IMG/VR virus record: IMGVR_UViG_3300007352_000013
Span: 32,001 to 96,000 of that record
Origin: a virus
Length of the DNA stretch: 64,000 nucleotides
Direction: 5' to 3' (one strand)
In this document: one piece after another, positions 27,001 through 36,812 of the stretch
Layout: each line of letters opens with the position of its first letter
Position numbering within the stretch: position 1 is the first letter of the stretch
Made by a program: the position numbers and the translations under genes
The notes under the pieces: model-generated
What the model was told of the DNA's origin: nothing
The model's database searches: none
What the model saw: the letters and a program-made list of their open reading frames with translations, nothing else

Positions 27001-27792
27001 ATGGAATTTCTAATAGAAGATTTGGTTTTTGAAGACGATATAAAAACTTTAATATCTACTCTTAAATCGAGAAATATTAAATATAAAATTTATAATAAAA
27101 ATGTTATTAATTCATCATATACAAATTTAGATATATATAAATATAAAACTTTTTGTTACGGATCATTAGAATTTATAAAAAAAATAAAGGAATTAAACAA
27201 CCCAAACCTAATTACTTCTTGTACAATAGAAAATTATGATTGTAGAATATATTATCCGCATTTTGCAGCATATAGCAGGATGAAATTCTTATTTAATCAT
27301 AATCCACAGATTGTAAAAGCTAAAGATATTAAGAAATATTTAGATTCATCTAATTTTCTTCGTCCAGCAGTAGGTTATAAACCTAACGGATTCACTGGTG
27401 GAGTATATGAATTAAAAGATCTTGAATATATTAAAAAATGTTTTAATAAAAATGATGAAATTCTCGTATGTAATAGAAAACATATAGATAATGAATACAG
27501 AATTATAGCTAGTAATAACAAATACGTTACTGGCTGTCGGTACAAAACTTCTTGTAAAGAAACTAATAAATTAGGATTTGATCCCGATCCAGTTGTTCCA
27601 GAAAATGTTATGGATTTTATTTATTTTTATCTAAAAAATATTTATTGGTATCCAGATGAAATATATATTATGGATTTTGCTCAATCTGGTCATGAAACAA
27701 AATTATTAGAAATTAATGCGCTCTCAACTTCTGGATGGTACGATTGTGATTATAATAAAATAGTTGATGAAATACTTTTATTGGAGAATTAA
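27001..27792 (+). CDS. ATP-grasp domain protein (DUF4343-like)
   Basis: F.RP...K..FTG.V, NEYR, YIMDFA......LLEINA.S.SG.Y. Confidence 0.8.
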   Translation: MEFLIEDLVFEDDIKTLISTLKSRNIKYKIYNKNVINSSYTNLDIYKYKTFCYGSLEFIKKIKELNNPNLITSCTIENYDCRIYYPHFAAYSRMKFLFNHNPQIVKAKDIKKYLDSSNFLRPAVGYKPNGFTGGVYELKDLEYIKKCFNKNDEILVCNRKHIDNEYRIIASNNKYVTGCRYKTSCKETNKLGFDPDPVVPENVMDFIYFYLKNIYWYPDEIYIMDFAQSGHETKLLEINALSTSGWYDCDYNKIVDEILLLEN

Positions 27793-28626
27793 ATGAGTGA
27801 TTTTATATTAGAGCCTATGGTGAAATTATTAAGTCGTCCTGTGATAGATATAGATGGGCTAATGAAGTTTTTAGAAGATCATAATTCTTCATGGCCCGAA
27901 TTTCAAAAGAAGTTAGATAGTAATTTGGATTTGGGGGATAAAGACGCGGAATATATTCCAGAATTAGCTGGAAGAGTTTGTTATATGAGTTTCCCCAAAA
28001 AAGATGGTCAATCCAAGGGGAGAACGCACGAAGAGCATGTAAAACACCTTATTGAAGTTGGACATTTTTCTGTAATAGAGCATTGTAATTTTGGATTTCA
28101 AATCTGGGGAGTTTCAAGATCGTTGACTCACGAATTAGTTAGGCATCGTCATGCATCATATAGCCAATTGTCTCAAAGATATGTTGATAGCAGTGAAGTT
28201 AGATTTATCATCCCTCCAGCTATCCAAGAATTAGAAAAGCAAGACCCCAATCATCCAGTTATAAATAAATGGAAAGAATCTTGTCTAAATTCTAGATTGT
28301 TATATGAAGAAATAACCGAAAGTTTGTCAGAACTTTACAAAGATATAGAAGACAAAACAGAAAGAAGAAAAAAGGCTAGAGAAGCTGCTAGGTCTGTTTT
28401 GGGTAATGCAACAGAAACCAAGATTTTTATAACCATGAATGCTCGCGCGTTAAGACATTTCTTAACATTAAGAGCTAGTGCCGCAGCAGATAGAGAAATT
28501 CGAAATCTTGCAGTTAAGATATTTAAAATAATGGAATTAGAATTTCCTTTATTAATGCATGGTATTGAATTAATTAATTTACCAGATGGTTCTCAAGCTG
28601 TAAAAAACAATTTTAGAGAGTCTTAA
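27793..28626 (+). CDS. thyX: FAD-dependent thymidylate synthase
   Basis: GH.SV.EH, SRS.THELVRHRHAS.SQLSQRYV, ARSVL.NATET, EIR. Confidence 0.95.
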   Translation: MSDFILEPMVKLLSRPVIDIDGLMKFLEDHNSSWPEFQKKLDSNLDLGDKDAEYIPELAGRVCYMSFPKKDGQSKGRTHEEHVKHLIEVGHFSVIEHCNFGFQIWGVSRSLTHELVRHRHASYSQLSQRYVDSSEVRFIIPPAIQELEKQDPNHPVINKWKESCLNSRLLYEEITESLSELYKDIEDKTERRKKAREAARSVLGNATETKIFITMNARALRHFLTLRASAAADREIRNLAVKIFKIMELEFPLLMHGIELINLPDGSQAVKNNFRES

Positions 28627-28627
28627 A

Positions 28628-29236
28628 ATGGCAATATTTATAGATTTAACTGGTAATAAATACAACAGATTAACAGTTATAAGGCGATTAGATAATAAAA
28701 AGAGAGCAACTATTTGGTTGTGCAGATGTGATTGTGGCAATCGAGTTGATGTTTTCGCACAACATTTAAAGAACGGTCATACAAAAAGTTGTGGTTGTTT
28801 TAAAATAGAGAAAGTCACGAAATATGGACACACAACCCATAAAACAAAATCAAAAATATACGGGAAATGGGTTGATATGCACCAAAGATGTAATAATTCA
28901 AACCACAAACACTACAAGTCGTATGGTGGTCGCGGAATAACTGTATGCGAACGATGGTCGAAATTTGAAAACTTTCTTGAAGATATGGGAATTCCTAAGA
29001 ACAAAGATGAGTTAGACAGAGTAGATGTTGATAGTAACTATGAGCCGAATAATTGCAAATGGTCCACAAGAAGAGAGCAATGCAGAAACAAAAGAAATAC
29101 ATTGTACGTAAACTATAAAGGCGAAAGTATAAAATTAATATCATTGGCAGAAAAATATAATATACAATATCATCGTTTATACAATAGGGTAGTAAGACAA
29201 AGTATGTCAATAGACAATGCTTTATCACTAAATTAG
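28628..29236 (+). CDS. free-standing HNH-type homing endonuclease
   Basis: DLTG.KYNRLTV, CRCDCG, TKSCGC, YGGRGITVC.RW..FENF..DMG, LDR.D...NYEP.NC. Confidence 0.75.
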   Translation: MAIFIDLTGNKYNRLTVIRRLDNKKRATIWLCRCDCGNRVDVFAQHLKNGHTKSCGCFKIEKVTKYGHTTHKTKSKIYGKWVDMHQRCNNSNHKHYKSYGGRGITVCERWSKFENFLEDMGIPKNKDELDRVDVDSNYEPNNCKWSTRREQCRNKRNTLYVNYKGESIKLISLAEKYNIQYHRLYNRVVRQSMSIDNALSLN

Positions 29237-29247
29237 AAAGGTTTAAA

Positions 29248-29481
29248 ATGAAAAATTGTTTTTGGATATGGCCATTTGGCCATATATGGGGTGTCAATGA
29301 AAACAATTCACATCGTAGAAAATGTGTTTTATGTGGCACAGAAAGTATAAGGGGGGTTTATGATGCGGATTGGCATTTTGATATTTCTCCTTATGTAAAA
29401 TCATTGGATATTAAAAGATTTAATAAAAGTATATTAGCTTTAAAAAAGAAGAGAAGAAAATATAATGAGAAGAATAACTAG
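29248..29481 (+). CDS. small Cys/His protein
   Basis: CFWIWPFGH...KCVLC. Confidence 0.55.
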   Translation: MKNCFWIWPFGHIWGVNENNSHRRKCVLCGTESIRGVYDADWHFDISPYVKSLDIKRFNKSILALKKKRRKYNEKNN

Positions 29482-29947
29482 TTCTTATTATAATTATTAT
29501 TATAAAAATAAGATTAAACTGATAATGAAAATTATATCTAAATTTAGATATATAAATCCAGAAGAGTTAGAATCTATAGCTAGATCAGAATTATTGTATA
29601 GTATGATTTATTTTAATCAATCTTTAGGATCATTTAACACATATCTTTATATAAGAATAAGAGGAAATATTCTTAGATATATTAGGGATGAAAAAGAATG
29701 GTGTAGAAATGATGATATAGATCCAAATTTATTATTTGGTGAAAAAGATCATTGTTCTAGGAATATTTTTGTGAACGAAATACTATCATCCCTTAATCCA
29801 AGAGAAAAACAAATATTAGAACTATATTATTTAGAAAATAATACATTGAGAGAAATATCTGAAAAATTGTGTATATCAACAAATTGTGTTTTTGTTACAA
29901 AAAATAAAGCATTAAATAGAATAAAGGATACATTCTCTTGTCTTTAA
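29465..29947 (+). CDS. sigma-70-family (ECF-like) RNA polymerase sigma factor
   Basis: Region 2 (EELES.A...L.....F.......F.TY...RIRG.I) and region 4 (L..REK.IL.LYY....TLREIS..L.IS...V......AL..IK). Confidence 0.85.
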   Translation: MRRITSSYYNYYYKNKIKLIMKIISKFRYINPEELESIARSELLYSMIYFNQSLGSFNTYLYIRIRGNILRYIRDEKEWCRNDDIDPNLLFGEKDHCSRNIFVNEILSSLNPREKQILELYYLENNTLREISEKLCISTNCVFVTKNKALNRIKDTFSCL

Positions 29948-30141
29948 AAGATAAAATATTTGATAATTTAATTCGTATCTTGGAAAAATCCAAAGCTTTT
30001 ATAAGAAAGGATGGTCCATCAGATAAACCGTATTGCGTGTATGGTGAAGAAAGCGGAAAAAATTTTGGATGTTATTCAACTAAGGATGCGGCAGAAAAAA
30101 GATTAAAACAAATAAAGATGTTCAAACACATAAACAAATAA
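29938..30141 (+). CDS. hypothetical protein
   Basis: TTG start; YCVY...GKNFGCY.TK..A.KRL.QI..FK. Confidence 0.55.
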   Translation: MSLKDKIFDNLIRILEKSKAFIRKDGPSDKPYCVYGEESGKNFGCYSTKDAAEKRLKQIKMFKHINK

Positions 30142-30160
30142 TACTAATTGGAGAAAAAAA

Positions 30161-30598
30161 ATGAATAAGATTATATGTTCTTTATTACTTATGTTTATTT
30201 CTATGAATATTATCGGATGTAATTCTACTAAAAAAGTAATTGTTCAAGCAGCTACAACATATGTTGTAGAAAATAGCCCAGAACAAATATCTGTTGTGGT
30301 TAAACAGATAGTTAAAATAGCAATAAGAGAAACAGAACCCTCTAAAGAAGAAATAGCGAAAACTATAGAATTCGTTAATGAGTGTAAGACAATAGCAAAT
30401 GATCCAAAAGAATATACAATCAATAAGCTAAAAGAACTTGCACAAAAACTACCAGACAATAAATCAAAACTTGTTGCCCTAGCATTTATAGATTTTGCAG
30501 AAAGATATGTTAATGTAATAGATAAAAGTCCAAATGCTCGCAAAATAATGATAATCGTATGCGATGCAGCGCTGGAGGTTTTAAACAATGAAAAATAA
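30161..30598 (+). CDS. lipoprotein
   Basis: Signal peptide with IIG-C lipobox; helical body. Confidence 0.65.
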   Translation: MNKIICSLLLMFISMNIIGCNSTKKVIVQAATTYVVENSPEQISVVVKQIVKIAIRETEPSKEEIAKTIEFVNECKTIANDPKEYTINKLKELAQKLPDNKSKLVALAFIDFAERYVNVIDKSPNARKIMIIVCDAALEVLNNEK

Positions 30599-31394
30599 AT
30601 TTCTTTCACTATATTTAAGTATTTCTTGTGTTGTTTTAATACCTGTTTTGTCTGTAGTTTTAATGCATGATTTAAACAAACCAGTTGCAAAAAATGTTTC
30701 AAAAACAAATATGGAATTACAGAAAGAACAATTAATTTCTACTACAGTAAGAATATTTACGAGTAATAAAATATATGGATCTGGAACGATAATCAAAAAA
30801 GAAAATATTTCATCTGATGATTTATATACATATTATATTTTAACAGCTAAACATATTACATCAGATAGATTTGTGTTTGGTGATTTAAAAGTTAACAGTA
30901 TAACCGGAGAAATATCTCGCGAAACAAAACAACAAAATTTTAATATAGTTACTTTTAAGGAAGACGGAAGTATAGAGAATACTTATGAAGCAGAATTCTT
31001 AAACGAAACCGATGATGATTATTTAGATTGTGGATTATTAATTTTTAATTCAAAAAATGTTTATCCAGTAGCTAATCTAGCAACGAATGAAATTTTAAAT
31101 AATATAAAAATTTTAACAGAAGTATATGCTGTTGGATGTGCATTAAAGCATTCACCAATTATAACAACCGGAATTATTTCAGAATTTAATGAAGAAAATA
31201 ACTATATTCTTTCAACAGCAAATATTGCATTTGGATCTAGTGGAGGTGGTTTATTTATAAAACTAGAAGATAAATATTATTTAATAGGAATATTATTTCA
31301 AATAGAAGGTTATCGTGATTATCTATTTAGCTTCCTATCACGTTCATGTCCAATTAAATCTTTGGATTGTTTTCTAATAGAAAATGGAATTTAA
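30588..31394 (+). CDS. membrane-anchored trypsin-like serine protease
   Basis: N-terminal TM; GSGTII, ILTAKH, D.GLL, GSSGGGLF. Confidence 0.88.
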   Translation: MKNKFLSLYLSISCVVLIPVLSVVLMHDLNKPVAKNVSKTNMELQKEQLISTTVRIFTSNKIYGSGTIIKKENISSDDLYTYYILTAKHITSDRFVFGDLKVNSITGEISRETKQQNFNIVTFKEDGSIENTYEAEFLNETDDDYLDCGLLIFNSKNVYPVANLATNEILNNIKILTEVYAVGCALKHSPIITTGIISEFNEENNYILSTANIAFGSSGGGLFIKLEDKYYLIGILFQIEGYRDYLFSFLSRSCPIKSLDCFLIENGI

Positions 31395-31396
31395 GG

Positions 31397-31402
31397 TATA
31401 AT
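31397..31402 (+). promoter_or_regulatory. -10 box TATAAT 5 nt before dCMP deaminase ATG (possible leaderless transcript)
   Basis: ggTATAATatagtATG in short intergenic gap. Confidence 0.3.
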
Positions 31403-31407
31403 ATAGT

Positions 31408-31920
31408 ATGGAAAGAATTTCATGGGATGACTATTTCATGGTCATGGCATTTTGGGTATCTAGGCGTAGCCCGGACGAAAGTACGAAATGCGGTTGCGTA
31501 TTAGTGAATAAGAATAATCAAATAGTTGGATTAGGATATAATGGTTATCCAAGAAAAGTAGACGAAACAAAAATGCCAAAGACACGTCCAGAAAAATATC
31601 CGCCCATTTTACATAGCGAAGAAAATGCTATACTTAATTGTTCTTCTAATTTAGAAGGAGCAACGGCATATATAACTGGCCCGCCATGTACCCATTGTTG
31701 GGCGCATATAATCCAAAAAGGAATTAAAAGAGTAGTGTACGGACCAATTACAACATCTAAGAATGGTATTTATGCTGATATCAGAACAGATTCGTTTCCA
31801 GATGTAGTTTGTAATATGTTAGATGGTCAAAATATTGAAATAGTCAGATGGGATTCTAACAATAAAAAATTTCTATCTGATGAAATTGATTTAGTTAAAA
31901 ATTTCTTAGGAAATTATTAA
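31408..31920 (+). CDS. dCMP deaminase
   Basis: RSPD..TKCG.VLV, GYNG, HSEENA, PC..C. Confidence 0.92.
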   Translation: MERISWDDYFMVMAFWVSRRSPDESTKCGCVLVNKNNQIVGLGYNGYPRKVDETKMPKTRPEKYPPILHSEENAILNCSSNLEGATAYITGPPCTHCWAHIIQKGIKRVVYGPITTSKNGIYADIRTDSFPDVVCNMLDGQNIEIVRWDSNNKKFLSDEIDLVKNFLGNY

Positions 31921-33684
31921 ATGACATTAGAGAAATATGAACCGAAAGGTTTTGCTCTACAAATATTTAAAGATAGATATGCTATTAGTGAAAATGAATC
32001 TTTTTCTGATGCATGCCGTAGAGTTGGTAATTTCATAGCAAGTGCAGAAGACGGTGAAAAAATAAGAAAATTTGATGATAGATTTTTCGAAATTCTAAAC
32101 ACAAATAGATTTAGTCCGGGTGGAAGAATTTGGCGTGGTGCGGGACGTAAAAAATCGGCAATGCTAAACTGCTTTGTGTGTCCAGCAGAAGATAGCAGGG
32201 AGGGTTGGGGCCAATTACTAAGCGATGTAACCGTTATAAGTGGGCTTGGTGGTGGAATAGGAATTTCATTTGACAATATACGCCCAAGGGGTACAGAAAT
32301 AAAAGGAACCGGAGGAATCGCAACCGGCGCAGTTTCTTTAATGAAAATTGTAAACAGTGTTTGTAATGAATTAAGAGAAGGCGGTGGAAGGCGTTCTGCT
32401 TTAATGTTTTGTTTATCATATAATCATCCAGATATCGAAGAGTTTTTGCATGTTAAACTAGATAAAAAAGAATTGAATAATGCAAATATAAGTATTTTAG
32501 TAGATAATGAATTTTTTGATCTAGTTAAAAAAGATGAAGATATATATTTAAGATGGCAGGGGAAAATTATTAAAACAATCAAAGCCAAATGGTTATATGA
32601 TAAGGCCGTAGAAAATTCTTTGATAACTGGCGATCCCGGTTTTTTGAATATAGGAAATGCAGAAGAATATAACAACCTTTATTATTGTAGAAATTTTAGT
32701 TCTACAAATCCTTGTGGAGAACAATTCCTTCCGCCATATTCTGTTTGTTGTTTAGGTAACATTGTTTTGTCCAGTCATGTAAATAAACAGAATGGAATAG
32801 ATTGGTCTCTTTTGGATGATACCATTAGATTAGGTGTAAGATTTTTAGACAACGTTTTAGACAAGAATGAATTTCCATTACCAATAATTAAAGATATTTC
32901 CCAAAAAGAGAGGCGAATTGGCTTAGGAGTAATGGGTCTGCACGATACTTTATTAAAGATGGGAATAAAATATTCTTCAGAAAAAGCCTTAGAAATAACT
33001 GATTCATTAATGAGTTTTATTAAGAAAAAAGCATATGAAGCAAGTATATTTTTGTCGGTTGAAAAGGGTCAATTTCCAATATTAGATAGAGACAAATTTA
33101 TAGAAAGTGGTTTTTGTAAAAAGGCTTTAACTCCAAGTATAAGAAAAAAAATTTTAGAATATGGTATAAGAAACTGTTTCATACTGACATGTCCTCCAAC
33201 AGGAACCACTAGTATAGTAGCTGGTTGTAGCTCTGGATTGGAACCAATGTTTGCTCCTGTTTATAAGAGAAACTATAATACTCATAAAGATTTTCATTCA
33301 GAGATGACTAACCAAACAAGCGAGGTTGTTATCCATCCTTTATTGAAAGAATTCATAGAAAGCGGAAAAGACTACTCTCATTTTGAGGGGGCTCACGAAA
33401 TAACGCCAGAGCAACATTGTAAAATTCAAGAAGTCTGCCAGAAACATATTGATAACGCTGTAAGTAAAACTATAAATCTTCCATCAACAGCAACAGAAAA
33501 AGATTTATCAGAAATGATTTTAAAACATATAAAATATTTAAAGGGTATGACGATATATAAAGATGGATCAAAAGGAGAGAGTCCAGTGATGCCATTAAAG
33601 ATTGAAGATGCAAAAAAATATATAGATAAATGTAAATCAGAGATAACAGATAATAGTTGTCCAACTGGAAAGTGTGAATTATAA
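31921..33684 (+). CDS. nrdJ: class II (adenosylcobalamin) ribonucleotide reductase
   Basis: F.PGGR, NCFV, GGG.G, RR.A.M, GDPG, TNPCGEQ.L, CCLG, RRIGLG.MG, PTGT.S, IDNA.SKT.N; no small subunit nearby. Confidence 0.9.
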   Translation: MTLEKYEPKGFALQIFKDRYAISENESFSDACRRVGNFIASAEDGEKIRKFDDRFFEILNTNRFSPGGRIWRGAGRKKSAMLNCFVCPAEDSREGWGQLLSDVTVISGLGGGIGISFDNIRPRGTEIKGTGGIATGAVSLMKIVNSVCNELREGGGRRSALMFCLSYNHPDIEEFLHVKLDKKELNNANISILVDNEFFDLVKKDEDIYLRWQGKIIKTIKAKWLYDKAVENSLITGDPGFLNIGNAEEYNNLYYCRNFSSTNPCGEQFLPPYSVCCLGNIVLSSHVNKQNGIDWSLLDDTIRLGVRFLDNVLDKNEFPLPIIKDISQKERRIGLGVMGLHDTLLKMGIKYSSEKALEITDSLMSFIKKKAYEASIFLSVEKGQFPILDRDKFIESGFCKKALTPSIRKKILEYGIRNCFILTCPPTGTTSIVAGCSSGLEPMFAPVYKRNYNTHKDFHSEMTNQTSEVVIHPLLKEFIESGKDYSHFEGAHEITPEQHCKIQEVCQKHIDNAVSKTINLPSTATEKDLSEMILKHIKYLKGMTIYKDGSKGESPVMPLKIEDAKKYIDKCKSEITDNSCPTGKCEL

Positions 33685-33685
33685 A

Positions 33686-34864
33686 ATGAGTAATGAACGA
33701 AAAAAATTACAAGAAGCTATAGATGTAGTTGGAAAATATGGGTCTATAGCTAGCGCGGCTAGAGAATTGGGGATACCAAGAAAAACCTTGAGTTCAAGAT
33801 ATAATAAAGCGTTAGACAAAGGTTTTGTGTCTGGCGCACCAATGCTTAGTCCAGATCAAGAAATAGGACTTGATAGTAAATTAAAATCAATCTCCAAAGA
33901 AAAGAGAGAATTACAGAAAAAATACGATGAGTTATTAAAAGTTCTTGAAAATAAAACAGGAGAATTAGATGCTGTAAGTAGATTCGCAACTATTGCTAAT
34001 TCACTAGAATTTGATAAAATAAAAATAGTATCCGACAATAAACCGTCAGAAAGCACTGCCGTAATACTTTGTAGTGATCTTCATTATGAAGAAACTGTAG
34101 ATCCAAAAACAGTAGATGGACTAAATGAATATAATATTAAAATAGCCAAAGAAAGATTTAACAAGGTATTCCAGAATGGATTAAAGCTTGTAGATATGTC
34201 TAGAAGTAAATCAAATATAGATAATCTGGTATTGTGGCTGGGGGGAGATTTAATAACAGGATATATTCATGAAGAACTCATGGAAAATAACGCCATGAGT
34301 CCAATTGAAGCTTCTATAGACGTATATAAGTTATGCGTATCTGCTATAGATTTCTTAGTAGAAAATGGCGGATTCAAAAAAATAACCATTGTTACAAGCG
34401 TAGGAAACCATTCTCGCACGACAGAAAAGATGAGGGTATCTACAGCAGTAGAAAACAATTTTGAGTGGCTGATATATAACTTCTTGGTCACGCACTATGA
34501 AAAATCTGATACTGTTCGGTTTAAGCTTTCAAGAGGATACTTCAATTATCTAGATGTATATGGTTATTCTATACGATTTCATCATGGCAATTATATCCGT
34601 TACGCTGGTGGTGTTGGCGGTATTAGTGTGCCTATTAATAAGGCAATAGCTCAATGGAATCAGGGAAAAACCGCCTCTATAGATGTATTTGGTCACTGGC
34701 ACCAAAGATTATCCAGTAAAAATTTTGTTGTTAATGGTTCTATTATAGGTTACAATCCGTATGCTATGTCTATTAAGGCGGCATTTGAAAAACCGCAGCA
34801 ATCCTTTTTCTTGATCCATCCAGTATGGGGTAAAACAGTAGAGGCCCCAATCTTTGTAGATTAA
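33686..34864 (+). CDS. HTH-coiled-coil-calcineurin-like metallophosphoesterase
   Basis: N-terminal GSI.SAARELGIPRKTL; SDLH, GGDLI, GNH, FHHG, FGHWH, VNGS. Confidence 0.8.
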   Translation: MSNERKKLQEAIDVVGKYGSIASAARELGIPRKTLSSRYNKALDKGFVSGAPMLSPDQEIGLDSKLKSISKEKRELQKKYDELLKVLENKTGELDAVSRFATIANSLEFDKIKIVSDNKPSESTAVILCSDLHYEETVDPKTVDGLNEYNIKIAKERFNKVFQNGLKLVDMSRSKSNIDNLVLWLGGDLITGYIHEELMENNAMSPIEASIDVYKLCVSAIDFLVENGGFKKITIVTSVGNHSRTTEKMRVSTAVENNFEWLIYNFLVTHYEKSDTVRFKLSRGYFNYLDVYGYSIRFHHGNYIRYAGGVGGISVPINKAIAQWNQGKTASIDVFGHWHQRLSSKNFVVNGSIIGYNPYAMSIKAAFEKPQQSFFLIHPVWGKTVEAPIFVD

Positions 34865-34867
34865 AAT

Positions 34868-35002
34868 ATGAAAGAACCATATATAATAGAACCAAAAATC
34901 AAAAAGCCTGAAGATTTTATCAGATATATAATGAACTATAAAAAAGAAAGTACTCCTATCAAAGAAACAAAAACTATAAAGAAGAGGAAGATTGTATTGT
35001 AA
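34868..35002 (+). CDS. 44-aa basic peptide ending RKIVL (not in ORF track)
   Basis: MKEPYIIEPKIKKPEDFIRYIMNYKKESTPIKETKTIKKRKIVL*; fills the gap between genes. Confidence 0.45.
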   Translation: MKEPYIIEPKIKKPEDFIRYIMNYKKESTPIKETKTIKKRKIVL

Positions 35003-35006
35003 TTGT

Positions 35007-35732
35007 ATGTTTAACATAATTACTTATTGCTCAAAAAACTATCATATAAAATTAAAAAGAACAATAAATTCTTGGTACAATCAAGATTCTGTTAAAAATA
35101 TATTTGTTTATACAGATTTTTTGATAACTCAAAAAAGTAATAAAATAATTTATCAAAAGTTATTTGAAGGATCAGAGGATTTCGGGGAAAATTGTTCACG
35201 TAAAGTTCAATGTATATTACATTATTTCAATAATTTTATAACAAAAGATAAGCAAAACGACAATATATTATTTTTGGATATAGATTGTTTTATAGTTAAA
35301 GATATATCGAATCTATTTGATAAAGATTTCTATGTAGGTGTAACCGTATATCCAGAAATTAAAGAAAAATATAAAACAAATAATATTAGTTCTGGATTTA
35401 TAGCTATTAAAAATAATGTAAAATCATTAGATCTTATTCTTAAATGGAAGAAAAAACAAGATTTATTAAGCAAAGAAAGTCCATGCAGGGATCAAAAATC
35501 ATTGTCAGAATCTATAACATCCATTAAAAAAGATCCATCATATAAATTATTATTATTAGATTCTAACGTATGGAATTTGCATCCGAGTACAGGTAATATC
35601 GGACACATCAAAGAATGGTATAAAAAAATAGAAACCAACAACCCAAATATACTCCATTTTTCGTCTGGTGCAATAGATCATCAAGAAATAATTGATAATG
35701 CTTTGGAGGCTTGTAATGTTCAAAAGATATAA
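35007..35732 (+). CDS. GT-A fold glycosyltransferase
   Basis: LFLDID.F (DxD), SSGF, DQ..L, WN, ILHF. Confidence 0.75.
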   Translation: MFNIITYCSKNYHIKLKRTINSWYNQDSVKNIFVYTDFLITQKSNKIIYQKLFEGSEDFGENCSRKVQCILHYFNNFITKDKQNDNILFLDIDCFIVKDISNLFDKDFYVGVTVYPEIKEKYKTNNISSGFIAIKNNVKSLDLILKWKKKQDLLSKESPCRDQKSLSESITSIKKDPSYKLLLLDSNVWNLHPSTGNIGHIKEWYKKIETNNPNILHFSSGAIDHQEIIDNALEACNVQKI

Positions 35733-35837
35733 AATTCCAGACGACGTAGGTTGGTTAGGGTGGTTCGAAGATATTTATGGTGATTGCATAGCTTTTGTTG
35801 GATTAGATAGAAAAATTATTTTTATGAAAGAATTAAA

Positions 35838-36047
35838 ATGTTAAATAACAATAGTCTTCAAGACATAGAAGAAATGGCGCACGATTTATATGGGTGTATG
35901 TGTCCCAACCTCATGATATTACTTGGTAAAATAGGAAATCAGCATCCAAATAATCCTATTACTTTAATGGGGGTTGATGCTGAAACATATTCTGCAATGT
36001 TAAACTTCGCTAATCATGTATTGGATAAATTGAGAGAATCAAAATAA
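35838..36047 (+). CDS. hypothetical protein
   Basis: 69 aa coupled ORF. Confidence 0.5.
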   Translation: MLNNNSLQDIEEMAHDLYGCMCPNLMILLGKIGNQHPNNPITLMGVDAETYSAMLNFANHVLDKLRESK

Positions 36048-36583
36048 TGTTAGATTGTTGTAGAAATAATAATGAATGTGATTGTAGTTGTCATGAAAGT
36101 AATGGTTCTATAATGCATTGTGTTCCATGTTGTTATAAATGTCCTTCTTGTAAAATTAATATTCCAACTTATATGTTCGATAAGCATAAAAAGGTGTGTA
36201 ATCAGAAAGGGTACGCTATTTTCGATAAAATTGGTGTAGTTGGTTCAAGAACATTCAATAATTATCAATATATGAAAAATATATTAGATAAATTATTTTC
36301 ATGTAATAAAATAATAAGTGGTGGTGCTATTGGTGCCGATTCTTTGGCCGCTAGATATGCTAAAGAAAATAACATTGAACTGGAAGAATTTTTACCAGAC
36401 TGGAACAGATATGGTAAGTCCGCTGGTTTTAAAAGAAATAAACAAATAGTTGATGCATCAGACATAATCGTGGCATTTTGGGATGGAGAATCTAGGGGAA
36501 CAGCAAATACTATATCTTTAGCACATAAACAAAATAAAACTGTTTATAGATATTGGCCAAAGGATAATCATATTTATGAGTAA
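36047..36583 (+). CDS. SLOG (YspA/DUF2493-like) protein with Cys-rich N-terminus
   Basis: VVGSRTF.NY, IISGGA.GAD.LA..YA, DW.RYGKSAG..RN, AFWDG.S.GT. Confidence 0.82.
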   Translation: MLDCCRNNNECDCSCHESNGSIMHCVPCCYKCPSCKINIPTYMFDKHKKVCNQKGYAIFDKIGVVGSRTFNNYQYMKNILDKLFSCNKIISGGAIGADSLAARYAKENNIELEEFLPDWNRYGKSAGFKRNKQIVDASDIIVAFWDGESRGTANTISLAHKQNKTVYRYWPKDNHIYE

Positions 36584-36812
36584 TGCAAGTAAAAGCTATA
36601 TGATGTGCAGAATTTGCAATAACGATATTAATACCATAAGACTTTTATGGACAGATTATTATCCAGAGGGCCATAGGCATTATGATGATCATGTTTGTTT
36701 GAAATGCGGAGCATATGCTAGTCAACCGGGAAGTAGTTTGTGTAAAAAATCTCTTATAGAGTATAGAAGAAAATATATAGGAATTATTAAAGGTGATACA
36801 TGTCAAATTTAG
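36576..36812 (+). CDS. zinc-finger-like hypothetical protein
   Basis: CRIC...CLKC. Confidence 0.5.
   Translation: MSNASKSYMMCRICNNDINTIRLLWTDYYPEGHRHYDDHVCLKCGAYASQPGSSLCKKSLIEYRRKYIGIIKGDTCQI

Noticed and set aside
35755-35775. tRNA T-loop-like ggttcgaa
   Set aside because: No cloverleaf can be built; it lies within a short ORF.
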